Positions 12,338-26,142 of a DNA stretch of 64,000 nt are shown here, one piece after another. The notes beneath the pieces are model-generated. The model searched no databases, was not told the origin of the DNA, and worked only from the letters and a program-made list of their open reading frames with translations. The stretch comes from Atractiella rhizophila (taxonomy: Eukaryota). Position numbers and translations under genes: made by a program. Location of the stretch: positions 1 to 64,000 of the forward strand of contig MU271274.1 of the NCBI GenBank assembly GCA_021432655.1. The letters run 5' to 3'. The first letter of the stretch is position 1. The number at the start of each line of letters is the position of its first letter.

Positions 12338-14654
12338 ATGGAAAGCGCTGTGTCAGTGCCAATGGCAGTGGGAGTGACGGTGTTGAGTGGAGAGGCGAAG
12401 AAGCGGGGCGGTGGGAGGAAGCCAACGTCTTGTTTACAGGTCATCGCTCGCTGGCCATCGCCAGAGCTCTGCATGAGAACAGCACTGACATGTATACCAG
12501 TGCCGCCAAAGAAAAGTCAAGTGCTCCCTGGGCCAACCCTGCAGCACCGTACGAGTCTTTGCATTACTCATCGCCAAACTGCCATGTACTCAACTCCATC
12601 AATGTGTGACAGTGCATTCTCCGAGGCGACGCCACGCGCTGCACTCTATTGGGAGGGTTATCGCCCTCTCATTTCACAAACGCTCTCCCGTTGCTCTCTC
12701 CTTCTTCCCATCTCCGTTCACTCCTGGATCGCCTCGAATCCTCCCTTAAGCTCTCTTCAGTCCACTCCCGCTTTCAACCCGATGGAGGCTCCCTTCCAGA
12801 TGATGATTTTGGAGGAGTAAATTCATTTGCAGGTATTAGGGGTAACCTGGATTTTGGCGCGTTTGAGAAGAATTTGATTTTGGGGAAGGAGGAGGAGGAG
12901 GAGGAGAGAAAGGATGCGCTGAGGGATTTGGGGAGGCCGGGATGTTGGACTGGGAGAGGAATTGGTGGGAATAAGAACGGTGCACTTTCCATCCCTCTGT
13001 TTTGTTTGTTTGATCGAAGGAAGCTGATTTACTGCACGGTGCAATGAGTAGACGTTCTTGAAATATTGCCCACGAAGACCCAGCTCGAACCGGCAGTCGC
13101 CTCAGCGTCTGCCTCGATCCCGCAATCTCTTGCCATCTATGATCAACCCCTGTTAAGGCGCTTACTGACACAGCTCCACTCCAATCCTCCCGACACGACC
13201 CCTCTCGAATTCATAGCCTTCATTCTCGCGGTCTGTGGGCTCGGACTGTCCCTCATCCCAGCCATGGATCTTTCTGCCCATGGCCTCCCTGAGGGGAAAG
13301 CGTCACATCTGTTGGCGAAAAGTTGGATCGACGGTGCTGTGAGAGCGCTCGCCTTGAGTGACGCGCTGGCTCTTGGGAAGAGGAAGGAGAAGGAGGGATC
13401 GGAGATGTCCATCCGAGTCGTGCTGTTGTTGGTCCTGTTCTGGATCGCTGCGAGGGATGGGGAATGGTTGGAACAAGCAAGACAGCTGTGGGAGATGGCT
13501 GTCACCAAGACCCTCGATCTTGGGTTGGTACGTATCCTTTTAATTCCTTGAGTGATGGCCTCAGGGGAGAGAAAGCATAGAGATCAAGGTCGCTCGGTCA
13601 GGGATCCTCAACTTGTAACACAAAATCACGAACTCTTCTGGAGCTTGTTTTACTTGGACTCGTAAGCCCTTCATCAGGACAAAGACACATCATTGACTTC
13701 TCGCAGAGTGGTGCTTGCCTTTACATCCAAATCATTCGCAACTCTCGATCTATCCCGTATAGCAATACCCTTTCCTCCAGAAACATCCCCATTACATCTC
13801 CGCCATTCAATATCCGTTGTCCTGCACAAAATTTCGACACAACTGTCATGCTCACGTAACCCGAGCGCCGTCCCCTACAGAATCCTTTTGTCTCTAAACG
13901 AAGACCTCAAAAGTATAGCGAGTGGTTTACCTGGACATCACTTACGGATGAGAGCCAATTCTTTCAAACCATACCGCGAAGCTACAAAGGATGAAAGCGA
14001 GACACTGGAGTTTTGGAGTATGATTTCTTTCGGATTTACCAGGTTGAATCGTATATTCCTTCAAAAAGGGGTTCTCCAAGGAGCTGAGGAAGTGGATGAG
14101 GAGACGCATTTGACCATAATAGTTTATTATTCGAGTAGGTTCGCTTTCCAATTCTGAGATAGCTTTTTAAACATGTTGCAGGACTCTCAATGGCGTTGAA
14201 GGGAAACATTGGAATACAAACCTGGCCATTCCTTCTTTCCCGAATCGAGTAATTCGTCGTTTGCTATCAGGAACAGCCTTCTAACTTTCTCACTCGCAGG
14301 GGGGCAATAACTCTGGCGCGTGTACTTCAACAGCGCCAAAACGATGCTTCATCACAGCATTGGAAACGAGATCTCCTGGACTTTCTGGCGGAGCTGAAAA
14401 GTTCACCGGAGCCGTCTGGCGTTATCCTCAAAGGCATCCAAGCACTTCAAGACCTCATTAGCCTGCCTCCACCTGCCATAGGTCGTATGTCCGATGACCC
14501 TGAGCATTTCGAACCAAATGTCATGGCGTCCCAGGAAGAATGGGCTCGACTCAACTCATTGGTGGCTTTAGAACCTCAACTAATGGATGCAGCATTCCAG
14601 GGTCGAAATCCCATGTACGAACAGGCAGGATACGTATCGCGAGCATTCATGTAA
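12338..14654 (+). CDS. Zn(II)2Cys6 fungal transcription factor (multi-exon; internal exon boundaries partly uncertain)
   Basis: RKPTSCLQ spliced to CRQRKVKCSLGQPCST gives the binuclear cluster start; downstream ELFWSLFYLD-like middle homology region; TAA at 14652-14654. Confidence 0.72.
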
Positions 14655-14923
14655 CTGTAGCTGTAGCCAAAATCATTTCGTTGTCGATACAATCCTTCTA
14701 TACGTCCCCAGCGTACCCGTTGCGATGGGAATGCGTTCAGTTACAATTTGCTAATATTGAACCGGATCAGCAAATCATCATGGATTATCAACATCAATAT
14801 TACTTCGATGAGACGAAGTGGAAACCGGGTACTGAAAAGACACGTTAGACCAAAAAACAACAGGACTTCCATTTGGCGATCAATGGGTGCAGGACCCTGA
14901 CACTGAACGAATATCACGCGTCT

Positions 14924-17900
14924 CTAGAGACGCTCAAGAAAGCCGACAAGCAAACCACCAAAATTCCTTCGACTGACTGGAAGGGAAGCATTGGACGTGA
15001 GCAACTGGTTCTTCAACCGTAAGATTATCTTTAACGGGAATTGAAAGGTTTCAACGTCATCGCCACCTGGGAACCTATCCGAAAGAACATGAGTTGTAAG
15101 CATGATCGTTGTAGAAGAGCATACCCTTCAGACAGTGAACTGGAATTGTCGGGGTCCGGAAGCTTGAAGAAGATCTTGCACGAATGAAATGACTTCGTAC
15201 TGGACGAAGCCCACGACGCAGAACTAATGACCGTCTTCAAAGACGGATTGAAAAGCCAAATCTGACGCTGCTATGAGCACGTACAGAAGGAGAGAGAGAC
15301 GCCTCACCATGATTCGAGTTTTCAGGCTGTCATCGTCCTGGATAAAGAAACGATACACTGACTGGGTATGCGAAGTTTCTATTAGAAGGGAAGCGATGAA
15401 TTGTGACAGGGTATACGACGGTAATCTACCAGGGCATTAAATTTGGGGCGAATTGGAGGGATGAATGACATACGGAGGGCTAGCATGAACAGGACTCGAA
15501 AGCATCTTTGACAGCCGCAAATGTATTGAGGACTCGTCATTGTAGGGTGCCACCAAATGTCCAACTTGAGCGCTGCATTGTGCACATTGAGCAGGAAAGA
15601 GAGTCTCATCGCCTATCGTCGTCGGCTGTGCCGTATCAATTGTCAGCACCATAAAGGGAGTAAACAAATGTAATGAAATCTCGGGTCCTTGTATCAGTTG
15701 CAGAACTATAGGTGCCAGATCCAAAACTTGCAACGAGTTTCGGAAGAGCCAGCAATGCAACCTTCTTTGCAACCCTTCACCTAGCTCGATGAAACTTACC
15801 TGCTTCGAAGTTGACTTCTTCACGCCATTGACGAGATCCCAACTAAACAACATGTAGCTGGTTCCCACAAATACCTCCGTAGCGGAAGGTTTCAGAGTCT
15901 TGCTCTTCTCCAGCAGGTCATCTGCAAACTTCTGATCCTGATGACAAACCCAAGCCTCGACGAGTTCCATCCAATGTTCTGAAGGTAGCGCTTTATACCG
16001 TCGCACGTTTGCACAATCCACGAGCTCGTTCTGGCAGGCGCCGCATACAAAGGATTGGGGTTTTGAAGTGCTGAGTTCTTCAGCAGTCAGAGGGACGCGG
16101 GAGTCGGTGTTGGTGGGAGAGGAGGAGGGGTCTTTGGCGATGGTTAGATTGAGCTCGTAGTGATCCTCTTTGGGTGTCAACTTGACGCTGGGATTCGGAA
16201 TGACTTCGCAAGGTAGCTCGATGATGCTGGATACCGCTTTGGATTTGGAGGTGATGGACACACGTTTTGATTCAAGTGAGCCAATATCCAGTTCAAGGCG
16301 TGGGACTGTCGGATGTTGAGGCCACAGGAGGATGGACAGTGTGCCAGCATTGGATTGCTGCTCGATCACATATTCGAGTTTCACTGCTTTCATTCTCAGA
16401 TCCTCCATCGACGCTCGCAAAGAAAGAAACGCGAACCTCCACCCTGTAGCCCTCCGTTAATACCTAACCCATTCACACCATTGGCAATGGGATGATTGAT
16501 GGGTCGAGTCTGGCCGTAACTGTACCCAGACTTATGTGTCATCCTCTCTTTCCCTTTAGAATTCGGCGAAGTATTCTGCCCCGTTCCAGCCACATTGACG
16601 CCATTGGCATAGGAAGATGCCGAGCCAGCAGCTTCCGCCGCCGCACTTCTAAGCCAGCTGAGGCTCCACTTGTTCTTCAACTGTTTCTGAGGCAGCGAAT
16701 TACTCCTAGGCCTGTTCTCCAGCTCACGGTCTCGATCGCGTTCGCTCTTCAGGAAATCGGCCATAGTCATCTCTTCGTTAAGAGGAGGGGTGGGGAGGAT
16801 GCGGGAGGATGTGGATGGTGTTGATTGGTTGGAGTGAGAGAAGGTAGCGTCTTGTCGAGACATTCGACCCCGACCGGTTTTAGTAAGGATGATCTCGAGC
16901 GACTGCACGGCTTTCTGGTCTGAGGCAGAAGGAAAAGAGAGCGACACCTCATTTGCTGTCCGCTGAGCAGCAGCGATGAGCTCTTTGTGCCTTGGACTAT
17001 CCAACACCTCTCATCAGCGACGATTCACTAGATAGCACCACATAACAGGATGATGCAATAGAAAACAAGGCGCACGTCAGAGCCACGCGTTGGCTATTCA
17101 ATCTCCTCTCGCTAGCCTTTCCAATCTTTTCCACCAGCTCATCAAATCCGTCTTCCCTACTCCTTTGACTCGGGGCTCTCCTCACAGTCACAGCAGGTCC
17201 CAAGGCTCTCTGATCCTCCAGCCGTCCTTTGCTCAGTCTCTCAATCGCACCTTGCAACCTCGCCAGCTGAGCCTCACGCGTACGTATCCGATCGGCGGGT
17301 GTGGGAGGGTCCACTCGCTGATTTATTAGTTGAGGAGAGGTGAGGTACAATCGCTCGATAGCCATCGAGACCGACTCAATATCGCGCTGCATCTTCTCGT
17401 CTGGCATAGTGCTCAACGAAGTTCGCGGACCTGCAACTCGTAAAGAGGTACTGGGTCGACTAACGGCGATCGACGGATCCATCCTCTTCTCCTTGTCATC
17501 CATCTGCGAGTACTCCTCCACGTATTCCGGCGGTAAATGAGAGTCCCCATACTCCGGGAGCTCATGAGAGCTCAAGCTGGCGGTATATGACAGCAAACTC
17601 TCCGGTCGCGCAGTGGCAGAGCCAGACCGAATGCTATTTCGGACCTCTTCGCGTTGACAAAGTTCTCCGACTTTGGTCAACAAGTCGTCCACTCGACCCC
17701 AGAGCAAGTCCTTCTCAGCCCCTTCAACTTGCTCAATGTCACTCCCGCGACTACGACGGGAGGCGGAAGCGGAAGCCGAGGATGCGGAGTGGAGCACTTG
17801 GAATGCAGACGCCTGACGACGTAGATTCTCGTACATGCTCCTCCCCTCCACTCCCGACTCAGAAAAGGAAGGTTGAAGAGGGAGTGGTGTGGATGGACCA

Positions 17901-18665
17901 GAGACCGCGTTCGAAGCGGTGAGGTGATCGGATGCCGCTCCTTCTGAGGAGGACGAGAGGACAAGCAGCCTGTCTATGCAGCCCAGCAAAGCAGCAAGGG
18001 AACGAACCAGTTCTCCCTCCTCTTTATTTAGCAATTGTTTCGCTACACGTTCCACTCGATATTGCAGCTCCTCCACTGACCCATTCTTGCCCACAGCCAC
18101 TGGAACGCCAGTAAAAGCCATCTTGGAGCTCTCTCCGTCCACCTGCTCCATAACAGACTTGAGGTTCCGCAGCACCGTAGAGAGCTCTTCCGAAGCCATG
18201 CTGCTGTATGGGTTGAGGTGTGCGACGGAAGGGACGGAGTGACGACGGAGTGGAGCGAGAGGTTCCCATGCTGCGATGGCATTTGGAGAGGAAAGTAAGG
18301 GAGATACAAAGGAGCCGAGGAAGGAGTTGAGGGCTGTTAGAAAGGCGGAGCGCGCAGAATAGAGGGACGATAGGGAGTCCTCCAACCAGTAATAATGAAT
18401 ACTCGTACCACAAAAGAGTCTCGAAAGTGCTCACTGAAGAAACTGCAGCGACTGCGTCCTCTGCTTCGTTCCCCGAGACGCCAAAGGTTGAAGCCACTCC
18501 GTAATCGACCTCCTCCCCACCTAATTCCAGCAAATCCCTCTCCCCGTGGCTGCCATTGGCATTGGATAAGAGATGACGAAAGTCAGGATATGCAGGCACA
18601 TCTGATGCTTCCAGTTCGAGTCCAATAGCCTGCTTCTTCGATCTTGGGCGTTCTATAGTCGCCAT
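14924..18665 (-). CDS. Ipa1/UBE3D-like (HECT_2, E2C-binding) protein with long N-terminal extension, multi-exon
   Basis: C-terminal part has FVCGAC...LPSEHWMELVEAWVCH, CAQC, WLFNP and SNASLP..RRNFGG..VGFLERL*; a GT-AG intron near 16440-16386 joins the upstream ORFs in frame (GG-VKLEY); ATG at 18665 (MATIERP). Confidence 0.72.
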
Positions 18666-19418
18666 GCTAGCACTGTAAGCCCACGATAGGTCCGTGGCAG
18701 AGTGAAATGAGTGAAATGGGTTCCTCGAATTCGCTGAGGAAGAATATTCAAAGAATCGAAAGAATCGTGGTCGATGCAAGTCGTCCGAGTTCTGCAAAGA
18801 TCGCCTGCGAGCCAATTTAGGCAACACTTCCCGCTTCAGATTCTGGATGAAGACAACGACGTCGATGCTCATGCGAAATGGGGATGAGGAAGGACAGGCA
18901 TTTAGCTGTGGATCTGCATTCATGCGAGGGCTCAGACTGTTATAGCATAACGAATCGGACTTCTGGTGGGTCGGTTCCAGCAACTTTTTCACCATGCCTT
19001 CCAACATTGTTATCACATTAATATTGCCTCGCGAATTCGCCCAAAGTGTCTATGGAAATGACATGGCTCGCCTGTTCTCCCATCCGCGCCTTTTCGATCT
19101 ATAGGCAGGATGATTACTGCCAACGCGAAGTTGGCGCCAGCTACTCGATGATGTTGTTCATGTTCATGGTGCAAGTAAAATGTGTAACACATTCTCATTC
19201 CTGTATCGCAGCCGCTCTGTGGTCATGTTGTCCCTTTTGCTATTGTGTGACCGGCACAGGAGCCTAAAAGTTGAAGATGAGCTCCCATTGCGGGATAAAA
19301 GTTCAAAGCGTTGCCCTCTTACTGGCAGTCGCAGTTATAAATCCCACTCTATCCAGAATGTTTCTTGCAATATACCTCCGCCACCAGCGACAGCCCAAGT
19401 CATCGCTTTCTTTTGCCA

Positions 19419-20195
19419 ATGTCAGATTCCAAGGTGGTGCGTCGTTCAAGCCACAAAATAAGAGAGACTGAGGGCACGTGAACAATTTCAGCAAGTTATT
19501 CGTCTTCCCGCTCGCTTTCCGGAGACACCAACGGCTACGACTGCTCCAGTAGAGCGAGACCATAAAACCATTCTTTTGCTACATGGACCTTCCCACAACT
19601 TGTTCGGAACACGCAAGCCAGAAGTGTACGGAACGACGACGCTCGAACAAAGTCTGTAGTTTCCTCCGCACCCTATTTAGAGGGAACGATCATAAATCTG
19701 AACCTGGTATGAGCAGTTGAAGAGCGCGCCACCAGACTTGCGAGTGAGCTGGGATACAAGCTCGTCGTCACTCAGTGCAACAATGATGGAGATGCCATTG
19801 ACCATGTTCACAATGCTCGAAAATTCGGAGCATTGATCATGAATCCAGGCCCGTCGTTTCCTCTTCTGCGCTCTATCTCTCAAAGTCGATTTCGGCTTTA
19901 TAGGAGCGTGGTGCCATTATAACTACGCATTGAGGGATGCAATCGAATCTGTTCCGCAAGTTCCATACATTGAGATACACATTTCGAATCTTTGTGAGCC
20001 TATTCCAGTTATTAATGGTACACTCAAGGATCTTAAATGAATTTAATAGACGCAAGAGAAGAATTCAGAAAGACTTCCGTCCTCGCTCCTTTGGCCAAAG
20101 GACTGATTTCTGGTGCTGGGATATTTGGATATGATCTCGCCTTGAGGTGTGCAATCCAGAGGATCGAGGAAGGGTTGGCGGCTGAAAACAAATAA
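19419..20195 (+). CDS. Type II 3-dehydroquinate dehydratase (multi-exon; missed by ORF track)
   Basis: Spliced translation LLLHGPSHNLFGTRKPEVYGTTTL...MNPGAWCHYNYALRDAI...IEIHISNL.AREEFRKTS...GLISGAGIFGYDLAL; catalytic Arg, Tyr and His present; TAA at 20193-20195. Confidence 0.88.
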
Positions 20196-20667
20196 CCTTC
20201 CGAAAATGCTGATGATAATGTTTCAATATCGTGTTGTATTTTATTTTGGTTTGCGCTTTTAAAGCTTGATGTTCATGAGACACTTCGGTACCGATGATCC
20301 CTCAGCAGCGAGCTTACAGTGTGCTTTTAAATTGCTCCTGCTTACCCACGTCTATTCTGTCCTGTCCCCCTCTCCCTCTACCACCATCGCCGTCAACCGT
20401 TGACATCCTGACGCTAGCGGGCCGGAAGCAAGGAGATCATATCCTACGGTCCGCCCTCATTTTTTGGGTACCACATCACGCGTTTTCCAACATGCGTTCC
20501 CCTCTCACTACTCAGGAATTGTTGACCAGCTGGGATGGTAGCCCCCCTTCGCAGCTGGTCAGTCCTACTTCGCGGTCCGTTGCCTTTCGCCCATAAATAC
20601 GACTACCAGCCAAAGGTTCTCTTCTCCAGGCCCCGATTCTCTTATTTGTGTACTTGTGAAGTATACC

Positions 20668-21582
20668 ATGTTGCCTGTCCTCATTGCTTACTTGTCCTTG
20701 TCCGTGCCACTTATTGCGGCTCAGACCGTCTATATGGCTGGGGATTCGACAATGGCTAAGGGAGGAGGAGGGTTTACCGGGAGTGATGGTGAGTGTCTTT
20801 GCCGATTGCTCCGCATCGATGTATTAACAAATCCCTTTGCAGGATGGGGAGAATACCTCGGGCAATACCTTACCATTCCAGTCGTCAATAAAGCTATTGC
20901 CGGTCGCTCTTCGCGTTCTTACACGGACGAGAGTAGATTCACTACCCTCATCAATACTGTCGCTAAAGGGGACTACGTGATCATTGAGTTTGGACACAAT
21001 GATGGGCTGTCTGGATCCACGGATAATGGTCGACAATGTGCCTATGGATCCGACTACAGCACAACAGCGACAGTCACCGCTTCCAAGTTCGTTTCTCCCT
21101 CAATAGCCCCATTTTGCTGAGATTCAGATCAGCGGAACGCAAATTGTCATCCACACGTTCAACTACTATATTCAAAACGCCGTCACTTCGCTTCTTGCCA
21201 AAGGAGCTATTCCCATAGTTTCTTCCCAAACCCCTAGCGACGATTGGAGCGATGGTTCCATCGTCGCCGGTCCTCGTTTTGTCGGGTATGCTTCGCTAGC
21301 AGCTAGCAGAACTGGCGTCACTTTCGTCGACCATTACGAGTACACCGCAAGGGCATACGATGCTCTAGGAGAATCGACAGTCGACACCTACTTCCCTGTG
21401 GACCATACCCATACCACGGTTGCCGGAGCCAACGTAGTGGCTCAAGCTTTCGTGAGAGGATTGTTGTGTGGCAGCAGTGCTTTGAAGTCGAAGGTGAATA
21501 GCGCAGGAAACGCTGTGCCGAGTATGTCTACCTTTTACTTCGCGGTAACTCTGACAGGAGGAGCTCAGACGGCTGTGTATGA
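20668..21582 (+). CDS. Secreted rhamnogalacturonan acetylesterase (CE12, SGNH hydrolase)
   Basis: Signal peptide, [35 protein letters not shown] motifs; ends NGCV* after last intron. Confidence 0.92.
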
Positions 21583-21979
21583 TTTCAATCCTCAGCGCTT
21601 GATGCAGAGCTTGGCGTCCATTTTGTGTATCCTTATCTTTACCAAGCTTTGCCATTGCAATCTTATGATTAATAGGAGCAACACTTCCTCTCAGGCAGAG
21701 CAGATGATGATGCTCCAGCTTTCAAGTACTCAGAACTACGAGCATGAAATTAAAAGTACATTAAGAGAGATGAGTACTGGAACATTATCGTTCTGCTACA
21801 GTGGGCTTGCGCTTGCGAGGATAAACAGATTGTGATGTCTATGAAACGGCAATTAGGGTTATGCTGTCTCCTGGACTGAATGGGGGATCCATGTAGCAGA
21901 AAGAATCATGATAAATGGTGTCATGTCATGTTTATCTGTGGAACCGTTAACTTTCCTCTACCAAAAGCAAGATACCCAC

Positions 21980-22321
21980 CTAGCGTCTCATGAGCCAAGA
22001 GCTGAGTAGCTGAAGCGGTGTACCATAATTAGCTCGACAAGTAGCAAAGTGGTTCTTAATGACTATGGGTCTCTTTCCAGCCGTAGCGAATCGTCCACAG
22101 GGACAAACTTGACAAGAAAGCCAAACATCGGCATTCTCCGTGTCAGGAAGAACTTCTAGCCCATTCGGCGCGACGACAGGAATATACTCTGTCGGCCCAA
22201 AGGTGGCATGCTCCGTGAAAGTACGAAGCATCGGATCCCGTCTGTTACTCATAGTGCAAAAGCACGCATCGTCGATGAGGAGAAAGAATTGGTATGAGAA
22301 CCAGATGGTGAAATAGGCCAT
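21980..22321 (-). CDS. Small uncharacterised 113-aa protein with CPC-x15-H-x3-C motif (paralog A)
   Basis: Single coding exon; probable 5'-UTR intron at about 22373-22324 just before the ATG; aligns by eye with the spliced gene at 37532-38002. Confidence 0.6.
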   Translation of the reverse strand: MAYFTIWFSYQFFLLIDDACFCTMSNRRDPMLRTFTEHATFGPTEYIPVVAPNGLEVLPDTENADVWLSCQVCPCGRFATAGKRPIVIKNHFATCRANYGTPLQLLSSWLMRR

Positions 22322-23370
22322 TCCTGTCTGCTGATCAGTACTCCCTGAGATCTGGGAAAGCTTGCGCGCTCACCGCAAATGTTAGGCTTTATATTTACTC
22401 GAGGTTGCTCTTTCGGTTTGTGAGTGCGTTGTTGAGGGAAGAGCCAACAGCCGTGAGGTAGCTTTTAAACTGCCCAGCGACTGCTTCGAATCCCCAAGGC
22501 GGACGATACAAGTCGTAGCATGAACGTAGTACACGCCTGGCTCGTTAGAAACGAGGCTGCAGAAAGCGTCCTAGACGGTCCCTTCGTTTTGCTTGCGCTG
22601 GGTACTTCCGTAAGATGTACCTGTGGTAGTCAGTGTTCTGTGGGAGCGGTATTCCACTTTGTAATAAGCAATTAGACTCTCGTACCTGTTGTGCTCCAGA
22701 CTCTATGTCGCAGCAGACACTGATGTGAAGACAGAGCAGCCTCATATTCTAATCATTTTGTCTGAGCGACAAAAATCTGGTCGTCCAAGGGTATTACGGT
22801 TTCGGGAGCTCCCGTGCAAGGCAAAACGCAAAAGCCGTGTCGAGTTTTGCGATACGGGCATGCCGACAAAGACAACTACCGAACGCCCAAGGAAATCTCA
22901 ATGCCACCACCAAAACCCACTTCGCACGGACAAAACGTCCACCCTCGAGGAATAAACGTGAATGACGGCAAAAATGTTCTGGATTCCACAGATAAATCGA
23001 CTCACTCGCCACACTCGCTGCATACTTGGTCCATGTCGGAAGCGCCACTAGGTTTTGGCTGTTTGGAGCTACCTGTCAATGTTACTCTGGCAGTCCGTCT
23101 GTTGTACATCCGCGCCGGGGCCGCATTCTGTTGTCCGTCATGTGCGATGAGAAGCACACAAAACATAAAACATTGTTTTGGAGAATGAGTTGGCAACAGT
23201 TGACATCTTGATCAGATTCTCAGAGCGAGAGCGAATGGACCTCGTCACTGAATGCACCTTGTACCAATCCACAGAAAAGAAGTCCATTACGGCACGCGAT
23301 GTTACACTACAAAGTGGAGGAGCCTATCACAACACTGTAAACAGAGAGCTGATGAAGGTAGAACGGAAGC

Positions 23371-25083
23371 TTACCAGCCCAAAAGTGTGAAGCTAGTCAC
23401 ACTTCCAACAAGCAGAAAGAGAGTACTGAACCAGGTTGTCTTCCACCACCAAGAACGCTGAGGGTTATCTCCGAAAATGATGGTAAGCAGAAGACTTCCA
23501 AAGCCGTATTCATGATTTGGCTTCATTCGACGAGAAACGCGATGAAGCTGCAAAGTGTACCAAAGCGTTTCGAAACCCGCTCCGACAAGAACTATCGGAA
23601 AGATCCGTTTGAGAAAAGTCAAGCCCGGTATCGGAGGTGCCAAGCAGACTGCTTCGGAGTCTGGGATCGAAGGATTCAGCAGAGTGGACGCTGGGAAACA
23701 TGGATCGAGACAGGCCGGACGACCAAGTCCAATCAAATCGACGGTTGAAGAAGAAACGACCTCAGCCATGCCTTCCCTTGAACGTAACCCGCCAGTGAGC
23801 ATGATGACGACCTTTGAATCTGCCGGAAGGACGGATTTGGCTCTTGCTGCGAAATTTCGGAAAATTCCTTCGCGTTTCTTAGTGCTCTCCTTCACCACGA
23901 CTTGCTGTACGTCATCGCGGCCAACAAAGTAAGGATTTTCGTACGTTCCACCGCTGATTTCGATGAAATCGATGCCGCCATTGGCAGCCAGCATTCTAAC
24001 ATTCTCGAGAGCATGTTCTTCCTGTCTCGTCGCTCAGAGCAGATTTCTAGGAGGAAGAGGAATTTGACGGACTGTCAAGCCACCATCCTGCACGCGGTCT
24101 AGTATAAATACTCAAACGTCGTGCTAGTACACGGACGACTCACGACATAATCTGCAGAATTAAGTTTGACTCCAAGGGCAAAGGGAGGTGGACAGAACCG
24201 ACGAATGTCGTTTATGACTTCGATTAAGAATCGGAGGCGGTTCTCCCCTGATCCGCCATACTGGTCTTTTCGCTGATTGGTCTACAATCACAATGCCAGC
24301 AAGGTCAGCTTTATACTCGGTTTGGCATTTACAGGCTAACTTTAGGGCTCAACAGAGATGCGAGCAGATATCCATGACTGCAATGCAGCTCAACACCGTC
24401 GAATCCCGCCTCTTTCGCAATCTTTGCAGAATTGACAAACTGCTTCTTGACGTTGTAAAAATCCTCTTCTTGCATCTCTTTCGGCTGATTGAAAACGATC
24501 GCTCCCACCAATTTTCCAAGTAAACTCTTGCCTGGCTCCACTTTGAGGCTGGAAGGAGCCAAAGGTGGTTCATGCGGCCAACGTCCAGCCCCACGTGTGG
24601 ACTGCCGACCTGTGTGGCAGAGCTGCATAATAGCAAGGGAGCCACCGGATTTGATAAGAGCGGCGTAGGCAGTCCATTTATCTAGGACGTCCCGAGGAAG
24701 TGGAGCGGGAGGTAAGTTGAGATCGAATGGAAACCCTAGGTGGCGAGGGCAGACTTGAACGTTTCCTGTGTCAGATATATGAGCATATATTTGCAACTCG
24801 AAGAAAATGCAAGAAAGAGACCAGTGATGATCATACCCCACCCTCCTTCAGCACAGGTAGCATAAAGGTCTCGGTATCGCTGATTTGGAGCCTGTCCAGC
24901 CCCAGGTCGCGATAAACACTCACTCAGAGCGACCTGCAACTCTTTTTTAGCATCTAAGTACGAGGTTGCAGGGATGCTCACCTTGACCAAACGATTAGGA
25001 ACCACCACGCCGCAAGGGAGCTCCAGCGACGAGGAAAGGAGCGCAATCGACGTAGGCGAGTTGGAGGTTTGTTCGTTTCTCAT
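23371..25083 (-). CDS. NADH:flavin oxidoreductase (Old Yellow Enzyme family), multi-exon, hydrophobic C-terminal tail
   Basis: LPCGVVVPNRLVK, GMIITG, MQLCHTGRQ, AGFDGVELHCSHGYLL, DFIEISGGTYE, MLTGGLRS, GLGRP. Confidence 0.9.
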
Positions 25084-25566
25084 CTTCCGAGTCTGGTGGT
25101 TCAAAATGAAGGAGGTCTACGCTCGTCTATTTGAAGGTGCACTTGAAGGAGAAAGGGAGTGTCGAGATTTTGTTGTAGTGCATCGCGCGAGAAGCGGCAA
25201 CTGCAGTTGAAAATTGCCGCCGCCGTCTCACGCGTAATTTGTGGTCAACTTACTTTCAGTCTCGGGACGGAGCTGGTTTTTGTAGACCTTTCTTCTTCCC
25301 GCTCCCCGTACACGGGCCCCATCCGGTTGGCGCGGGGAGAGGTCAAGGACAGTCCCCGTTTTCTCCAGGCAGCAGGTGGAGTGGTATGGTTTCTCTCATC
25401 AGAGACTCCTCTATAGGATACGGGGAGGTGCGTAGTTTGTGGTTTGGTTTGGAGCTAACAGGAACAGCTTCTTGTTTCGTATAGCAGATATACTATGCAA
25501 TTCATAACCCATAGGCATACAAACACAGAAAGACGAAAGTATACACAAGTCGCAGAAGCAAGAAGT

Positions 25567-26142
<576 letters not shown>

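Noticed and set aside
18666..19016. Upstream extension of ORF 18024-19016
   Set aside because: No domain signal; the ATG at 18665 fits the spliced gene better
22500..23370. Possible gene between family member A and the OYE gene (Cys-containing ORFs, one good minus-strand intron)
   Set aside because: No consistent exon chain; may be UTR sequence
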